Assembly (NCBI GenBank): GCA_964016885.1
Contig: OZ024745.1
Location: forward strand, 39,928,001 to 39,992,000
From: Eledone cirrhosa
Taxonomy: Eukaryota
DNA length: 64,000 bases
Direction of reading: 5' to 3'
Under the pieces are notes generated by a model. That model ran no database searches and was not told the origin of the DNA. It saw only the letters and a list, made by a program, of their open reading frames with translations. Shown here one piece after another: positions 12,113 to 25,520 of this stretch. The position numbers and the translations under genes were made by a program. How positions within the stretch are numbered: the stretch's first letter is position 1; each line of letters opens with the position of its first letter.

Positions 12113-14203
12113 TCATGGGAGTAAAAAATATATAAAATAATAAAAAAAATATATAAGTTATAGGAGTACAAGATAACAAATTGGGTGTAACAGATAAACA
12201 AATATACAGCAGAGCTCAAAAAGCAGTATAACTTAGAAATAGTGAAGTTTAAAGTTTTAAAAAGTTTGAAAGATACATAGTTTCAAAGGAAGAGTATAGA
12301 AGAAAAGTATATAGAGGTGTAGCAGGCGAGAAGTAGCGTATGGTGTGAGCAGTAGCTGTGTATGTAAATACCTAGAAACCAAGAACCACAACGGTAAGAT
12401 TCAATCAGTATAAGTTATAGGACGTCAGGAAGAGAAGGGGTCGTGTGGATGCTTGAAAGAATTTGTCAGGTACTACGGAGTTTTGATTGTTCCAAGTCTG
12501 AATACGTTTTGATTGTTTCAAGTCTGGGGCAGGCTTGTTTTCGTCAGACAAAAGCATATTGGTATGGTATCAATCTCACCGTGGTAAAGGTCTCTCATCG
12601 GCTAAAATACCTCTGTTTTCCGTTACATCATAAAACGCTCAACTGGATAAGGAGCATTATTCGTTAAATTTACTGGTATACCACTGGGCAGAATTGGTCA
12701 TTGGGCAATGTTGAGCATGAGGTAATATGAGAAAAGCACTCCTCCATATTTGACGTTGACACATGTTGACACAAGAAACAAGCAAAAAAAAAGAACAGAG
12801 AAGAAAAAAGTGTTTATGTTTTTCAACCAAAAGACGAAGGAATTATGTTGTTATCATAGAGAGAGAGAGGCAGAAACAGAGAAAGAGAAAGATATATATA
12901 TATATATATTTATTTATTTATTTACTTATTTATTTATTGATAGATGGGTTGATATATAGATAAATAGACATAGAGATAGATGAATATATTGATAGACACG
13001 TGTGTGCGTGCTATTTTCTGTTTCGGGATAGATTTTTTGTAAAGTTTATGTCAGTATTTTAGAGTTTTCCTACATATTTAGATGACACCAAACTTTCTTG
13101 ACGATAAAGACTGTCCAAAGACCGGAATGTAGGTACAAGTTCAGCAATTGGCTGAGGGGCAACCGTTTGAATCAAACTAGTACTTGAATGATATGGATTT
13201 GACATATCTTCACTGGGGGGATGAAAAACAGTTAATCTAGGTAAAACACTGTAAAACATATTCCCGACTGTTCTAAATAGTATGCCAACCTACTGCCATA
13301 ATAATAGTAATGTACCTTCTAGTATAACAACAAAGCTTCACTGAATCGAAAAGATTGTAATGAATTAGTTGAACTTAATTTATTATATGATTCGTAGGTT
13401 TCCAAAACCTTTCCAGACATTGCTATTTTCTGGATTATGCGTGGAGCATCCCTAAATAAATGTGTGTGGAAATAACAGTGGGGCAACCAGCCCGGCACAT
13501 CCAGACGTACAAATTTATAATTATATTATCTAATCGTACGTATGGTGTAAATTGTACACACGTTTTCATTTACTTGCTTCTTGCAGATCACAAATAAATG
13601 AATTGCAGTGTTATATGGAAATTAAAAAAACTGAATGAATATATCAGGTAGAGAATCAAGTGTTGGTATAACAAAATAGTTAAATGATGGGTGCAGGTGC
13701 GGAGGGAACATGCGTTTAACACGAATGAGAATTTTGGGTAGATTGATATATGTAATGGAATAGTGCACATCGTCAATGAACGAGGCTATATCCAATGTTT
13801 TTGTATCTAAAATATCTAAAAGATATAAACATGTAAGTTAAAATGTGACATCGAATGCAAGCCATTTGAATCGTATTTTAGGCTGAAGTACTTACGTACT
13901 TATGTAGGCATGCATGTATGCACGCATGAATGTATGTATGATTTAGTTCCTATGTATGTAGGTATGAATATTTGTATCTATATATATATATTTGTAAGTA
14001 TATATATATGCATCTATACATGTGAATGTGTATGTATATGTATGTAATCAAGTATGTATGTAATCACGTAGGTCTGGGTGTATGCTTGTAGATTTCAAAT
14101 TTTCGTTTGTCTTGAAGAATTACTAAAGACAAAACATGTTGCAATGAACACTAAGTTCTACTTTTAATAATGTCAACGGTGCCATCACTTATTGTTTTTG
14201 CAG

Positions 14204-14430
14204 GTCTGGAGTCTTCCGTCACTATTTACGAAACTAGAGATTTTGAAGGGTTTTCCCCTCAAAATAGAAACGCTGGAAGACCGATTAGCTACACTGGGAA
14301 GATACAGTCCAAAACGATGTATGACGTCGTATTAAATCGGTCATACATTAACCAAGACAAATCTGTCCGGCCTATTGTGTTAGTAGATGAATCATCTTCT
14401 AATCAAGCTTTTGCTCTCGTTCAGGGTTGA
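14204..14430 (+). CDS. Possible terminal coding exon of an unknown host gene
   Basis: Polypyrimidine acceptor TTGTTTTTGCAG followed by an open 75-codon frame (GLESSVTIYETRDFEG..ALVQG*) in unique-looking sequence. No recognisable domain. Confidence 0.25.
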
Positions 14431-15114
14431 CACAGACAATTTGAGATGCATGTATCACTATTTCGCTGAGCATGGTACTCTTGTCTGCACAATATTACTC
14501 GTGAGCAAATTGTAGCGTACGAGTTTCTTTGTTCATATTAATGCTCCACGTGTGAATATCTCCTAGTGTTAAGTAATTCTATCACAAACCTCAAAAAATG
14601 TCTCGTCGTCATAAGTAGAGATTCGAGAATAGTAATGTTGTGCTCTGCTTCTTTCAAAACCTATTTACAGAAATGTCTATTTGAATAAATATTTCGTATA
14701 TGATTCTATATAGAATCCAATCATGTCTCCTTGACGCTACATCATTAATTAGAGTTCATCAATTTTCATTTGTATACAAATAGGCTTCGTCAGCCAATGT
14801 TCATAAGCTATACCTTCTTATCGTCTTTCCACCCTAAAAGCATTTACCCACACTGAAGATGTTTAAAGAATCAGAAACGGTGTGGTCAGGGTGCTATCCA
14901 TTGTTGCTAAGACGAATGGAAAATAACTACCCTCTTCTAAAATTCAAGCTGAAGCAACACAAATATTTGTTTACATGGAGATGCGCATATAATTCAATAT
15001 ACAACCCCAGTTACAGACACAAACACGCACACCCATATATATATATTTGTTTGTCTGTGTGTTTATATGTATATATGCGTGTGTCTGTGTTTACGTTTAC
15101 TATTTGTTTGTTTC

Positions 15115-15272
15115 TCTTTGACTATTGGTTCGAGAACATCAGATCTATAATATATGTAACGGACTTACGAAAATTAGAGCTAAGATCGATATGATCAACT
15201 GAATCCCTTAAAAACATGCCCCAGCATCACCGCCGTTTAATGACTCAAACAAGTAAAATAATAAAAGAATAG
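15115..15272 (+). mobile_element. Decayed SINE 3' portion
   Basis: GCCCCAGCATCACCGCCGTTTAATGACTCAAACAAGTAAAATAATAAAAGA resembles a common octopus SINE tail. Confidence 0.45.
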
Positions 15273-15477
15273 ATCATAGTAGTTTCAGATAAAATTATGT
15301 TACGGTGAATACGTTGGGAGTTAAATCTAGTTGATTAAAAGTAAACGTGTTTACTGGAAAACTTGATTGTACAAGCGTATACTGTAAATCCAATTACGAA
15401 CAACTCTAAATACACGAAGAAAAAACTTTCAGGCAAATTGAATGACAATAATATAAATCATCGCCGTCGTCGTAAGA

Positions 15478-15491
15478 GCAATAGTAGTAGT

Positions 15492-15528
<37 letters not shown>

Positions 15529-15529
15529 A

Positions 15530-15594
<65 letters not shown>

Positions 15595-15640
15595 GTAGTA
15601 GTAGTAGTAGTAGCAGCAGCAGCAGCAGCAGCAGTAGTGT

Positions 15641-15693
<53 letters not shown>

Positions 15694-15702
15694 ATAGTAG
15701 TA
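15478..15702. repeat. (AGT)n/(AGC)n trinucleotide microsatellite
   Basis: Seen directly; explains the poly-S and poly-L ORFs. Confidence 0.97.
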
Positions 15703-16799
15703 AAATATTGAGGAGGAAGTGGAGGGTGAGGTGTAAAAGAAGTAGTCGTAGAGACATTAACAACAATAATGATATGATATTAATATTGAATGTAAAGATG
15801 ATGGTAGCGTGGACGAGGAGGAGTGGGACGAGGAACAAGCGGAAGGAGAAGGGGATTAGGAAGAGGAAAAGTAAGAGGTGGATGATGGTGCTGGTGTTGG
15901 TGATGATATGAATCGTAATGCTGATTGGTGCTATAATTATTTATAATAAGTATAATATTTGATACAATGAGAACGGAGTATGAATGCAACGGAAATGAAC
16001 AAAGGGATAGAAATGAATAAAACCAGCTATTCGAACAATGAAGTTATCATGAATAACAACTGTAACAAGCATCGTTGCTAGAACAAGATTAACGAGAATT
16101 GGATAACAGATCACACAATGTAAATTATAAAATCAACAAGGTAAAGAGGAAAAGGAATACTAATAATGCTTTCTAACTTTTCCGTTGCTCAGCCCATTCC
16201 TTATACTATTTCTAAATTATCGGGCTCACGATCCTGAGTTCGACCCGTGCACGTGAAGAATTCTTGTGTACATGAGAATAGTACTTATTTTAACGTTAGG
16301 CCAATTTACTCATTATAGCTTCCAACTTTTTGCTACTTCAATAGAAGTTTCTCTAGCCTGGTTTTATTAAAAGTGTATAGAGACTTTAATCATCTTCCAC
16401 ACTTCCATATTTTTTCATTAATCCCAAGAGTCATAAGAGTTTAGAGGAATAATGATGATGGTAGAGTAATCTGAAATTATATGCGGTAAAATGAAATTAG
16501 CCTCTAGCTGTGCCAGGAGGCAATTTGGCAAGGATCTTACCTTATCTCTTGAAAGATAATTAAAGATATCCAGAACGTTATTTTAAGATACTGAAATGTA
16601 GTTTGAAGCAGTGGTAATCTGAAATCGTTACACCAGCACACGCCCTACGTTTTTTTCATTTACCATTTACTTCTGAGGGAGACTTGGTTTCAGTATGTAG
16701 TTTGGAAACAAGAATCTATGTGGAATCCAATAGAAAACAAATTGTACCTTAAAGCCTAACGATCATCTGTTAATAACATTTTGTAAAGATTACAAGTGA

Positions 16800-17100
16800 A
16801 GTCCTTTCCATAATATTTTTTTTCGGAAAATAAATGAAAGGCACAACTACAGACACTACTCATATTTACAACTAGAATTTTTGAGAAGTTCGGACTATAA
16901 AGATGCACAATATTAAACCTGCATTATTCGTTTGCTAGTTATATCTCGACAATATATCTACAGCATTTTGCCAGTGACTAGCATAGACTTTGGCGAGGCT
17001 TAACAGCGGGATCTCCTCTATAATTGCAGCAGTCTCTATTGTTTCCCTTTTTTTTGGAAAATTGAGATTATCACTCATTATATGTAATTGTTTGGGTATC
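16800..17100 (-). pseudogene. Decayed RTE-like reverse transcriptase fragment
   Basis: Minus translation KKGNNRDCCNYRG/(frameshift)IPLLSLAKVYA matches the non-LTR RT motif KKG..DC.NYRGISLLS..KVY. Confidence 0.55.
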
Positions 17101-19034
17101 TATCCAGTGATCAATGCTAGCCGACACATACGAGGCAAACATAAGATATATTCACTATTTAATACATTTATTGGCTCGAGCCGGATTTCGACTCCCCAGT
17201 GGTCATGCCGCATTCGAGATCTTTAATTAATCTTGTCTCATCAGCCCCCGAGATGTAAATATTTGCATCGAGATCCACCTCATGCACATCAGAAATTGTT
17301 CTTGTCATAAGTTTTAGGAGATCAACAAATAAATTTATCAAACTCAGGAGGATGCAGATCTCCGAGGACAGGGGACCATAGTAGGCGTTCCTGGTGTGGA
17401 GGTGGACTTCATATTAACATGTTGGCGGACTTCATATTAACATGTTGGCGGATGGTATGCCACAACACTATATATGATGCTCTGAAATCGGATTTCTTTT
17501 GTCTCATGCATTGATTTTGGATGCCTTTACTTTTTTCTGCAGCCACTTTTCGTGCCTGCTTGTACTAAAATACAAGAATGAAAACTAAACTTGTTTCCAA
17601 GCCAAATTTATAAGATTCTTTCTCTCTTCAGATGGTACCTTTGATCTCTTGATTGATCATATTGATCATACGGGACCACGTGTCACTTAGTACCGCATGA
17701 ATCCGTTTCCGCTCGCAGCATTTGACAGCTGAAACAGAAATTACCTAAGTGAAAGTCTTTATTCCGTGTCAGTATCTTTAATGAATGTATCCGAAATGAA
17801 TGCAATAATTTACGTATACCTGTTCTTGACACCTTATGTGACAACGCTTCACATTTTATCATCTATGTCAAGTTGGACCTGCTAGTTCTGTTGGTTTTCT
17901 TGGCTTTAGTTAGACCCAGGTTGCAGATAACAGAATGGTTATGAGTTTAGATCTTAGTCCCTCCCTTATGGGAACATCGACCACAGAATCGGAGATATCA
18001 GCAATTATATTATAATCTATTATTGATTTCTGTCCCGTACATTATCAGATGAAGTCACTGTAGCTTTAGATCTACTTATGACTGAGTCATGGGGGAAGAC
18101 TTCAATGCATAGGTTGACACTGTTATACGTATATTACTCAGATTAATTTCAATACAATAGAAACAAAACTAAAACAAAAAGAAAAAAAAATGTCCTTAGC
18201 CCGCAATGTAGTGAAAACACGCAATGTAAATAATAATATGATAATAATTTAAGTGATATTGGGAAATGAAGTATTTTCAAGAAAAATTCAACAAGAAAAA
18301 CAAAGACAATACAACAATTAAAGACAGAAAAAATGTGTGCCAAAATAAATAAATAAATTAAACATGAAAGAAAATTAACAGCATAAAAACAGTCATATCG
18401 CAATGATGGAGGGGGGGGGGGGTCGTATTATATTAAACCAGCTCTTGTAAACATATTACCTTTTATTGTGATTCATTTCCTGGCAATAATAAATAATTAA
18501 TTGTATATCTATAACAATGAATTATATGGTTATTAACTCATATATCTCCTCTCGTTATGTAGTATGTTACCTGTTATCGTTCAGGGTGCTTTTGTGATGT
18601 GTTTACTATAAGGTACCTTGATTTCAAAATCCTCTGACATATAAATCCTCAACGAAGTAGTATCAAGAAGACAACTGATCCCCAGAAAAATGTTTTACAT
18701 TTTTTTTACATATTTTTCTAATAACACGAGATCTGCTTCAAAGTCATTCTTTCTCAAATGCACCTGTCCCAGTCGTAGCTACATTTAAATATATAATATT
18801 GTCATCATTATGTCCAAAACAAACTTCTTTTAGTTGTCATCTGTAAAAAGAGCCAATGTGACCCCAAAATTATGCCACGTCACATACACTCATATTACTG
18901 TAAATAAAATTGCAATTATTCTCACCACCATCCTTGATATTATCGTTTTAATCAACTAAAATTATCACCTTTGAGATTTATCATTTTTTAGCCTACGCTC
19001 GGCCGTCTTAATTCCGAAATGATATATATATTCG

Positions 19035-19668
19035 TATTCCCACTGCATTTTAAGTTACCTTAAATAGCAACTACACAGCCATTTCTATTCTCTATATATT
19101 TCATCATGTTTTTCACTGTGACCATTCTTCTCTCCCCTTTTACCTACCTATTTCGCTACTTTATACTCTCACCCCTCTTTCTTCCCCTCCCTTTCTCCAT
19201 ATCTACTCTTACCCCACTTTCTTCCTCTCCCTTCCTCCCTCTCACCCCCCCTCCCTCCACCGCCTGACAGTTTAGCAGTTCTTTCTCACTTACAACTGCG
19301 GCGATCGGACGTGTGTCTTTTCTCTCGATTACTCGGTCTCGAACTTAAGTTCTATTATCGAGTGGTCTTGGATTTCCTACCTATAGTTGCTCGCATATTG
19401 CTCGAATTGTTGTTTCTTTTCACTGTTTTGTTACTGTTTTTTCTTTTCTTTCCATTTGCTTCTTCTTCCGTTTTCCCAATAACTTACCCAGTTATTGAAC
19501 GCCCTGGAGCGAGGTATATCGTCTTTGAAGCGTAGAATATCCGAGACCCCCAGTAGACAACAGATGAGGAAAACTCCTCCCGCCCCCTTTTCTTGCTTTC
19601 TACTTATTCCCACTGCATTTTAAGTTAACTTGAATAGCAACTACAAAGCCATTTCTATTCTCTATATA
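19035..19668. mobile_element. Non-coding element with ~63-bp direct terminal repeats
   Basis: TATTCCCACTGCATTTTAAGTTA..AATAGCAACTAC..GCCATTTCTATTCTCTATATAT occurs at ~19035-19098 and ~19605-19668. Confidence 0.65.
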
Positions 19669-19762
19669 TGTAATTATATATATATAACGAAGGAAGTGTG
19701 GTAAGGAACCAGATGGACCATAACGCACAAGAGTACTCAATACTTAGGGTAGTGAGTGGGTA

Positions 19763-20518
19763 ATAGGAGAATGTTTAACCCCGACAGCAGAGCTCAGCCG
19801 TTTCGACGTCGGGGTCATTAGAATTTTTAGCGTGGTAATAAATAGCCGAACTTTTAAAGAGGTAATTCCTTATATGGGAAGATTTTAGTTGTCAAAAGGA
19901 TTGGTCAACATTTCTTTTAAACACAATTAAGTCGTTCATGGCGGTAGGTGGGTGGTGGGGTGGCTGAACCTGCCTGTAGAACAATGAGGGAGTGGGTGGA
20001 GCCGGTCAAGCGTTGAAATTAAATTCTATACAGCAAATTCTAAGGAGTTTGTATGAAATTAAGCTAGGTAGAAAGCAGGCGAAAAAGAATTCTGGGGAAA
20101 TTTGAGAGTGGGTCATTATTAAATTAAATGGTTAATAATTTGAGATTAAAAGATAATAACTAAAAAAATAATTAAAAATTTAAATAGTAAAAAATAATAA
20201 AAAATCTCTAGAGTCTAAAGGAGCTGCTATATTTTTAGCTGGTATTGCGTTTTCGGCCAATGCTATATAGAATTTACTGGGTGGGGGTACTGAAGCTACA
20301 GAACCCTGATGGGCTGCTTCAGGGTAGGGGAAAGAGAAACAAGGAAAAGAGAGAGGACGGGGAGTGGAAGGAAGTGAAAAGAAGAGATAACGGGAAAAAG
20401 AAAATAAGTACATCTACCTATGTATGCTGGGGTTACCACGCTAAAAAATTATAATTTAGTCCAGAAATAGCCGCCCAAACAGCTTGAGCTCTGCCGTCGG
20501 GGTTAAACATTCTCCTAT
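19763..20518. mobile_element. Fold-back element family; further copies at ~22850-23575 (-) and ~30190-30315
   Basis: TAGGAGAATGTTTAACCCCGACAGCAGAGCTCA versus TGAGCTCTGCCGTCGGGGTTAAACATTCTCCTA. The interior 20220-20330 is the reverse complement of ~22980-23085. Confidence 0.7.
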
Positions 20519-20567
20519 ATATATATAATGATATTAAATAAATGGAAACTATATTTATAAAAATATT

Positions 20568-20630
20568 TATTTTATTATATATATTTCAAGGGTACCAAAA
20601 TACTTTGGTACGCTTTCTTCAGATAAAATA
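20568..20630 (-). ncRNA. Type I hammerhead ribozyme, intact core
   Basis: Minus strand: TATTTTAT CTGAAGA AAGcGTACCAAAgtatTTTGGTACcCTT GAAA TATATA TA ATAAAATA. 8-bp stem I, AUA site. Confidence 0.8.
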
Positions 20631-20827
20631 CAATATTTGTTTTATAAATAGATACATACCTAGGAAAATCATACCTTATCAGTTGGATATTCTCTGGATA
20701 GTGGAAATGTATTAGGGATTTTTCAAACTTATGGGTGAATATGCAAATGAATATGTAAATAATCTAAAAACAACCGTTTATTTAAACGACAATGGAGAGA
20801 GAGGAGAGAGAAGAGAAGAACGACAAA

Positions 20828-20867
<40 letters not shown>

Positions 20868-21439
20868 GCGAGAGAGAGAGAGAAGAAGGAAAAATGCGAA
20901 GAGGAGTAAAAAAAACTCATATAACGTTAATTTGAGGGAAATGGGAAATATATTCGGACAATTATCTATGTATATATTTAAATATATATCTTAATATTAT
21001 GTGTATTTATATTAAAAGGATATTTTACGATTATTAGTTGTTTAAAATTTGTTTATAATATAATATTGTCCATTCGTTTATAAGTAGATAAATAAATAAA
21101 TAAATAGATGGGTATATCATGTTATAGATAGTTGTTCAAAAGAGTTATGAGGGATATTGGTTTTGTATTTTATGTAAATAAATAAGTATTTAAAATTGAG
21201 AATAATTAAAATTAAATTAAATTAAATTAAATTAAGTGAGTTAAGTAAGAATATTTATATTTATATAATTGAAAAGGGAAGATAAGGAAAAAATTCGGTT
21301 TCATTTATTTATTTGTTAGTGTGAGACTATTTAGTCAAAATAAGTATGGATGTTTAAGATACATTTAGCCAGAATCAGTTAGTGGTTAGAAAAAATATTG
21401 AAAAAATATTGAGAAAATATTGAAAAAATATTTTTAAAA

Positions 21440-21503
21440 TATCTTATCTGAAGAAAGCGTACCAAAGTCTTTTGGTACCCTTGAAATATATATAATAAAA
21501 TAT
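21440..21503 (+). ncRNA. Type I hammerhead ribozyme, intact core
   Basis: TATcTTAT CTGAAGA(21448-21454) stem II GAAA(21483-21486) TATATA TA ATAAaATA. Confidence 0.78.
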
Positions 21504-21636
21504 ATATGGTTTTATAAATATAGTTTATTTAATATCATTGAATATTTACTCCAGGATGATGTTGAGTGCTTTAAATCAGTTATAAACATTTATATTTATA
21601 TTTGTCGGATTTCCAACAAATTAAATACCCCTTCTA

Positions 21637-21702
<66 letters not shown>

Positions 21703-21771
21703 TACATACACACACACATATATATAGATATGTGTGTGTGTATGTGTGTGTGTATGCATAATTATTATGTT

Positions 21772-21803
<32 letters not shown>

Positions 21804-22655
21804 TATACAAATATATATATATATATATACGTGTTTTTGTATGTTTGCGTGTGTGCTTAAAATATCAGGTTGATAAACTCTTTATTGAGAAGAACACAAA
21901 TACTTATATAAAATTCCAACAATTACATTTTATTATATTTAGCAAATAAAAAAAAATCAAGTGTTTACTTCCCATTCATATCAGATTTATTCTAGCTTTG
22001 AAGTAATGAAGAAATGTAAGAAAAGAAGCAAATAATCAGCTATTGTTTGTAGGCTATCTTTTTATGTGTTACTTCCTGCGAACATTAGATAGATTGTTTA
22101 AATGAAATCAAATAAAATATGAGGGAATTCTGATTCTATATAAGAAACAAAACGCCAAATCTTTAATATAAAAAAATGATTTCAACGCATCAAAATTCAG
22201 ATATTTCAATATCTACACCAACTATGTACGCTCATTAAACATATATTCAATGGATTATATCCTTGAAAAGATTATACATTACGTTTATATGCTGACTTGA
22301 CGGATAACCACGCCAGCATGTCCAAAATATGAATGGTGTAAAATATATAAATACCGAAGTTACGGCGGGATCTTAAAAATGGTAAGACCATTATTCAACT
22401 TACTTCTCCATACTCTGTGAATATTTCTATCAACATTGCCGTATTCACAGCTAAATCAACATATTGTAAATAATGTATAACGCATAATTGCGTGTTACCA
22501 TCGGGGAAATTGGTACTATATTTCTGTGTTATAGCTACTCTCTAGCCGTCTTTAGCTACACTCTAGCCCCGTTTTTCCTAGGTCATTTTGCAGCATGCCA
22601 TTTGAAACACACATAGAGGACAGATCGTCAATCTGATAGTAATTTACACCCATCT

Positions 22656-22824
22656 TGTTACAGCCATTGTCTACCCACCGGGTCGTGAGGGGGTTTAAAG
22701 GCAAGGTAAGTCCTACGCAATCGCTGTTTTACATGCGGTTACAAGTTCGTCTTTTTTGTTTAGGAGTTGATCCTACGTAAAGAGCATTTGTATCTACACG
22801 GGTGGGTAGACAATGGCTGTAACA
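22656..22824. mobile_element. MITE-like element, 169 bp, perfect 24-bp terminal inverted repeats
   Basis: TGTTACAGCCATTGTCTACCCACC (22656-22679) / GGTGGGTAGACAATGGCTGTAACA (22801-22824). TCT flanks both sides (CATCTT if overlapping the termini). Confidence 0.6.
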
Positions 22825-23572
22825 TCTTTCTTTTCCCCACTTGCCGAACAAGGTAGGGGAAAGCCAGCATACCCTAGGTAGATGTAATATTTTTCTTTCT
22901 TTTTTCCCTTCCTGTTATCTCTTCACCTCACTTCCGCCCACTACCTCTCTCTTCCTTTTCCTTTTTCCTCTTACGCTTACCCTGAGGCAGCCCATCGGGT
23001 GTTTGTAACCTCAGTATCCCCACCCCCGTGAAATCTATATAACATTGGCTAAAACACAACACCAGCTAAAAATATAACAGCTGTTTTCTTTTTTTAGTGT
23101 ACACTACGAGATGAAGCCCCAATGTACTGAATTAGATGTATTTTATTAATCCCGGTTTTTTGTTTTAGACTCTAGTTTTTTAATTTTCAGATTCCTGTAT
23201 AATTCTATTTTCGTTTGCTTTTTAGCTAGCCTATTATACCCACACTCCTTAGAAATTGCTGTATACATTTTACTTGTAACGCTTGACCAGCTTCACCCAC
23301 CACATCTTTGTTCTACAGGCACGTTCAGCCACCCCTACCCCCTACCCGCCACCATGAAAGATTTAACTGTGTTTACAAGGAAATTCGACCACTACTTTTG
23401 ATAACTACAACCTTCAGAAATGCCTAATTATCGCATGCCCATATATTATATACCCCTTAAAGAGTACGGCTACATCTACACCACACAAAAAATTTTACAC
23501 CTAACTAAAAATTTAATTTAGTCCAGAAAAAGCCGTCGAAACGGCTCGAGCTCTGATGTCGCGGTCCTGACA

Positions 23573-23850
<278 letters not shown>

Positions 23851-23939
23851 TCTAGTCGATCGACTTTCGTCAAATCGGACCGAGGAAACTATGTTTCCGT
23901 TGGTCTTTCCAATTGCTAATACTATCTATCGGTCGCAAC

Positions 23940-24070
23940 TCCAGGTAGAAGGAGCAACGTGAAATAAAGTGTCTTGCTCAAGGACATAACGCATCGCCTG
24001 GTTCAGGAATCGAACTCACAACCTCACGATTGTGAATCCAATACTCTAACCACTCAGCCACACGCCTTCA
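23940..24070 (-). mobile_element. tRNA-derived CORE-type SINE (5' part)
   Basis: Minus strand: A-box TGGCTGAGTGG, B-box GAGTTCGATTCC, then CORE-like TGTCCTTGAGCAAGACACTTTA. Confidence 0.8.
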
Positions 24071-24074
24071 CTAT

Positions 24075-24598
<524 letters not shown>

Positions 24599-24945
24599 GG
24601 TGACTGCCAACTCGTTTTCGAGTACGGCTACTACTTTATATCTATGTAGGAGAACCCCTACCGATGCGCTGAACGAGTGTGACTTTTTAGTTCAGCCAGC
24701 GACATGAAAACTCTGGTACAAACACTCCACCTGTGACAATTATTGACACATAGTGCTGGGCCCATGGTACCATGTGACGACAAGTGCAGAGAGATCTCCA
24801 CATATAAAGCAATGCCTGTGCCGTGAAGCTTTTATAGTGAGCAAAGGCACTGCACAAAGCCAGTCCCACTCTCTTAACCAAGATGATATTTACCAAAAAG
24901 AAGAACAAGTCAACATCATTGGATATTACATACATACATACATAA

Positions 24946-24980
<35 letters not shown>

Positions 24981-25052
24981 ACGGCGATGAATTAGTTTTG
25001 CGAGGTTTTTTTATATGAAATCGTGTATCGAAACAAATATTGTTATACTTGG

Positions 25053-25497
25053 GGAGGGTCATATTTGTGTAATTTTTCCAGAATTAATAACAGAACACAC
25101 TCACTGTTTCGTTGGTTTTCGCTTTTCGCTGCTGTGTCTTTTATATTGGGAATCTAATTTATTCGGTCCTCAATGTTGCCATGTATTTTCTACGCCATCT
25201 TTATTTAGTCTCTAAATAAAGATGGCGTAGAAAATACAATGCAACGGGAGGAAACAATAGCACCACTGACGATGTTGCAGATGTGCAACGAAAGAACTTT
25301 GATAAACTATATATATGTGTTTGTGCCTATATTGTATCTGTATAGTTTTTGACCGTTGGTCAGTCAATGGCAACATTGAGGACCGAATAAATTAGATTAC
25401 CGATATAAAAGACACGGAAGCGAAAAGCGAAAACCAACCAAACAGTGAGTGTGTTCTGTTATTAATTCTGGCAATATTACACAAATATGACCCTCCT
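25053..25497. mobile_element. Nested fold-back element with hammerhead core
   Basis: Outer arms ~25053-25182 / 25367-25497; inner perfect 27-bp hairpin 25182-25238. CTGACGA-T-GTTGCA-gatg-TGCAAC-GAAA at 25266-25293, with a weakened stem I. Confidence 0.75.
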
Positions 25498-25520
25498 CAC
25501 ATATATATATATATTTATAT

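Larger units (their letters stand above)
20526..21540. mobile_element. ~1-kb element with ~100-bp inverted termini, each carrying a hammerhead
   Basis: 20526-20630 is the reverse complement of ~21440-21540. The interior is AT-rich and non-coding. Confidence 0.8.

Noticed and set aside
15363-15911. Poly-Ser / poly-Leu ORFs
   Set aside because: Trinucleotide microsatellite plus low-complexity flank.
17195-17250. Minus-strand CTGATGA..GAAT motif
   Set aside because: GAAA box broken and stems unconvincing.
23520-23570. Hammerhead in the AGCCGTCGAAACGGCT family (also 19790-19825, 20460-20505, 30200-30245)
   Set aside because: GAAA lies in a simple hairpin loop; no properly placed CUGANGA and three-stem junction.
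23995-24070. tRNA gene
   Set aside because: A and B boxes are present but there is no acceptor stem, and it continues into a SINE core.
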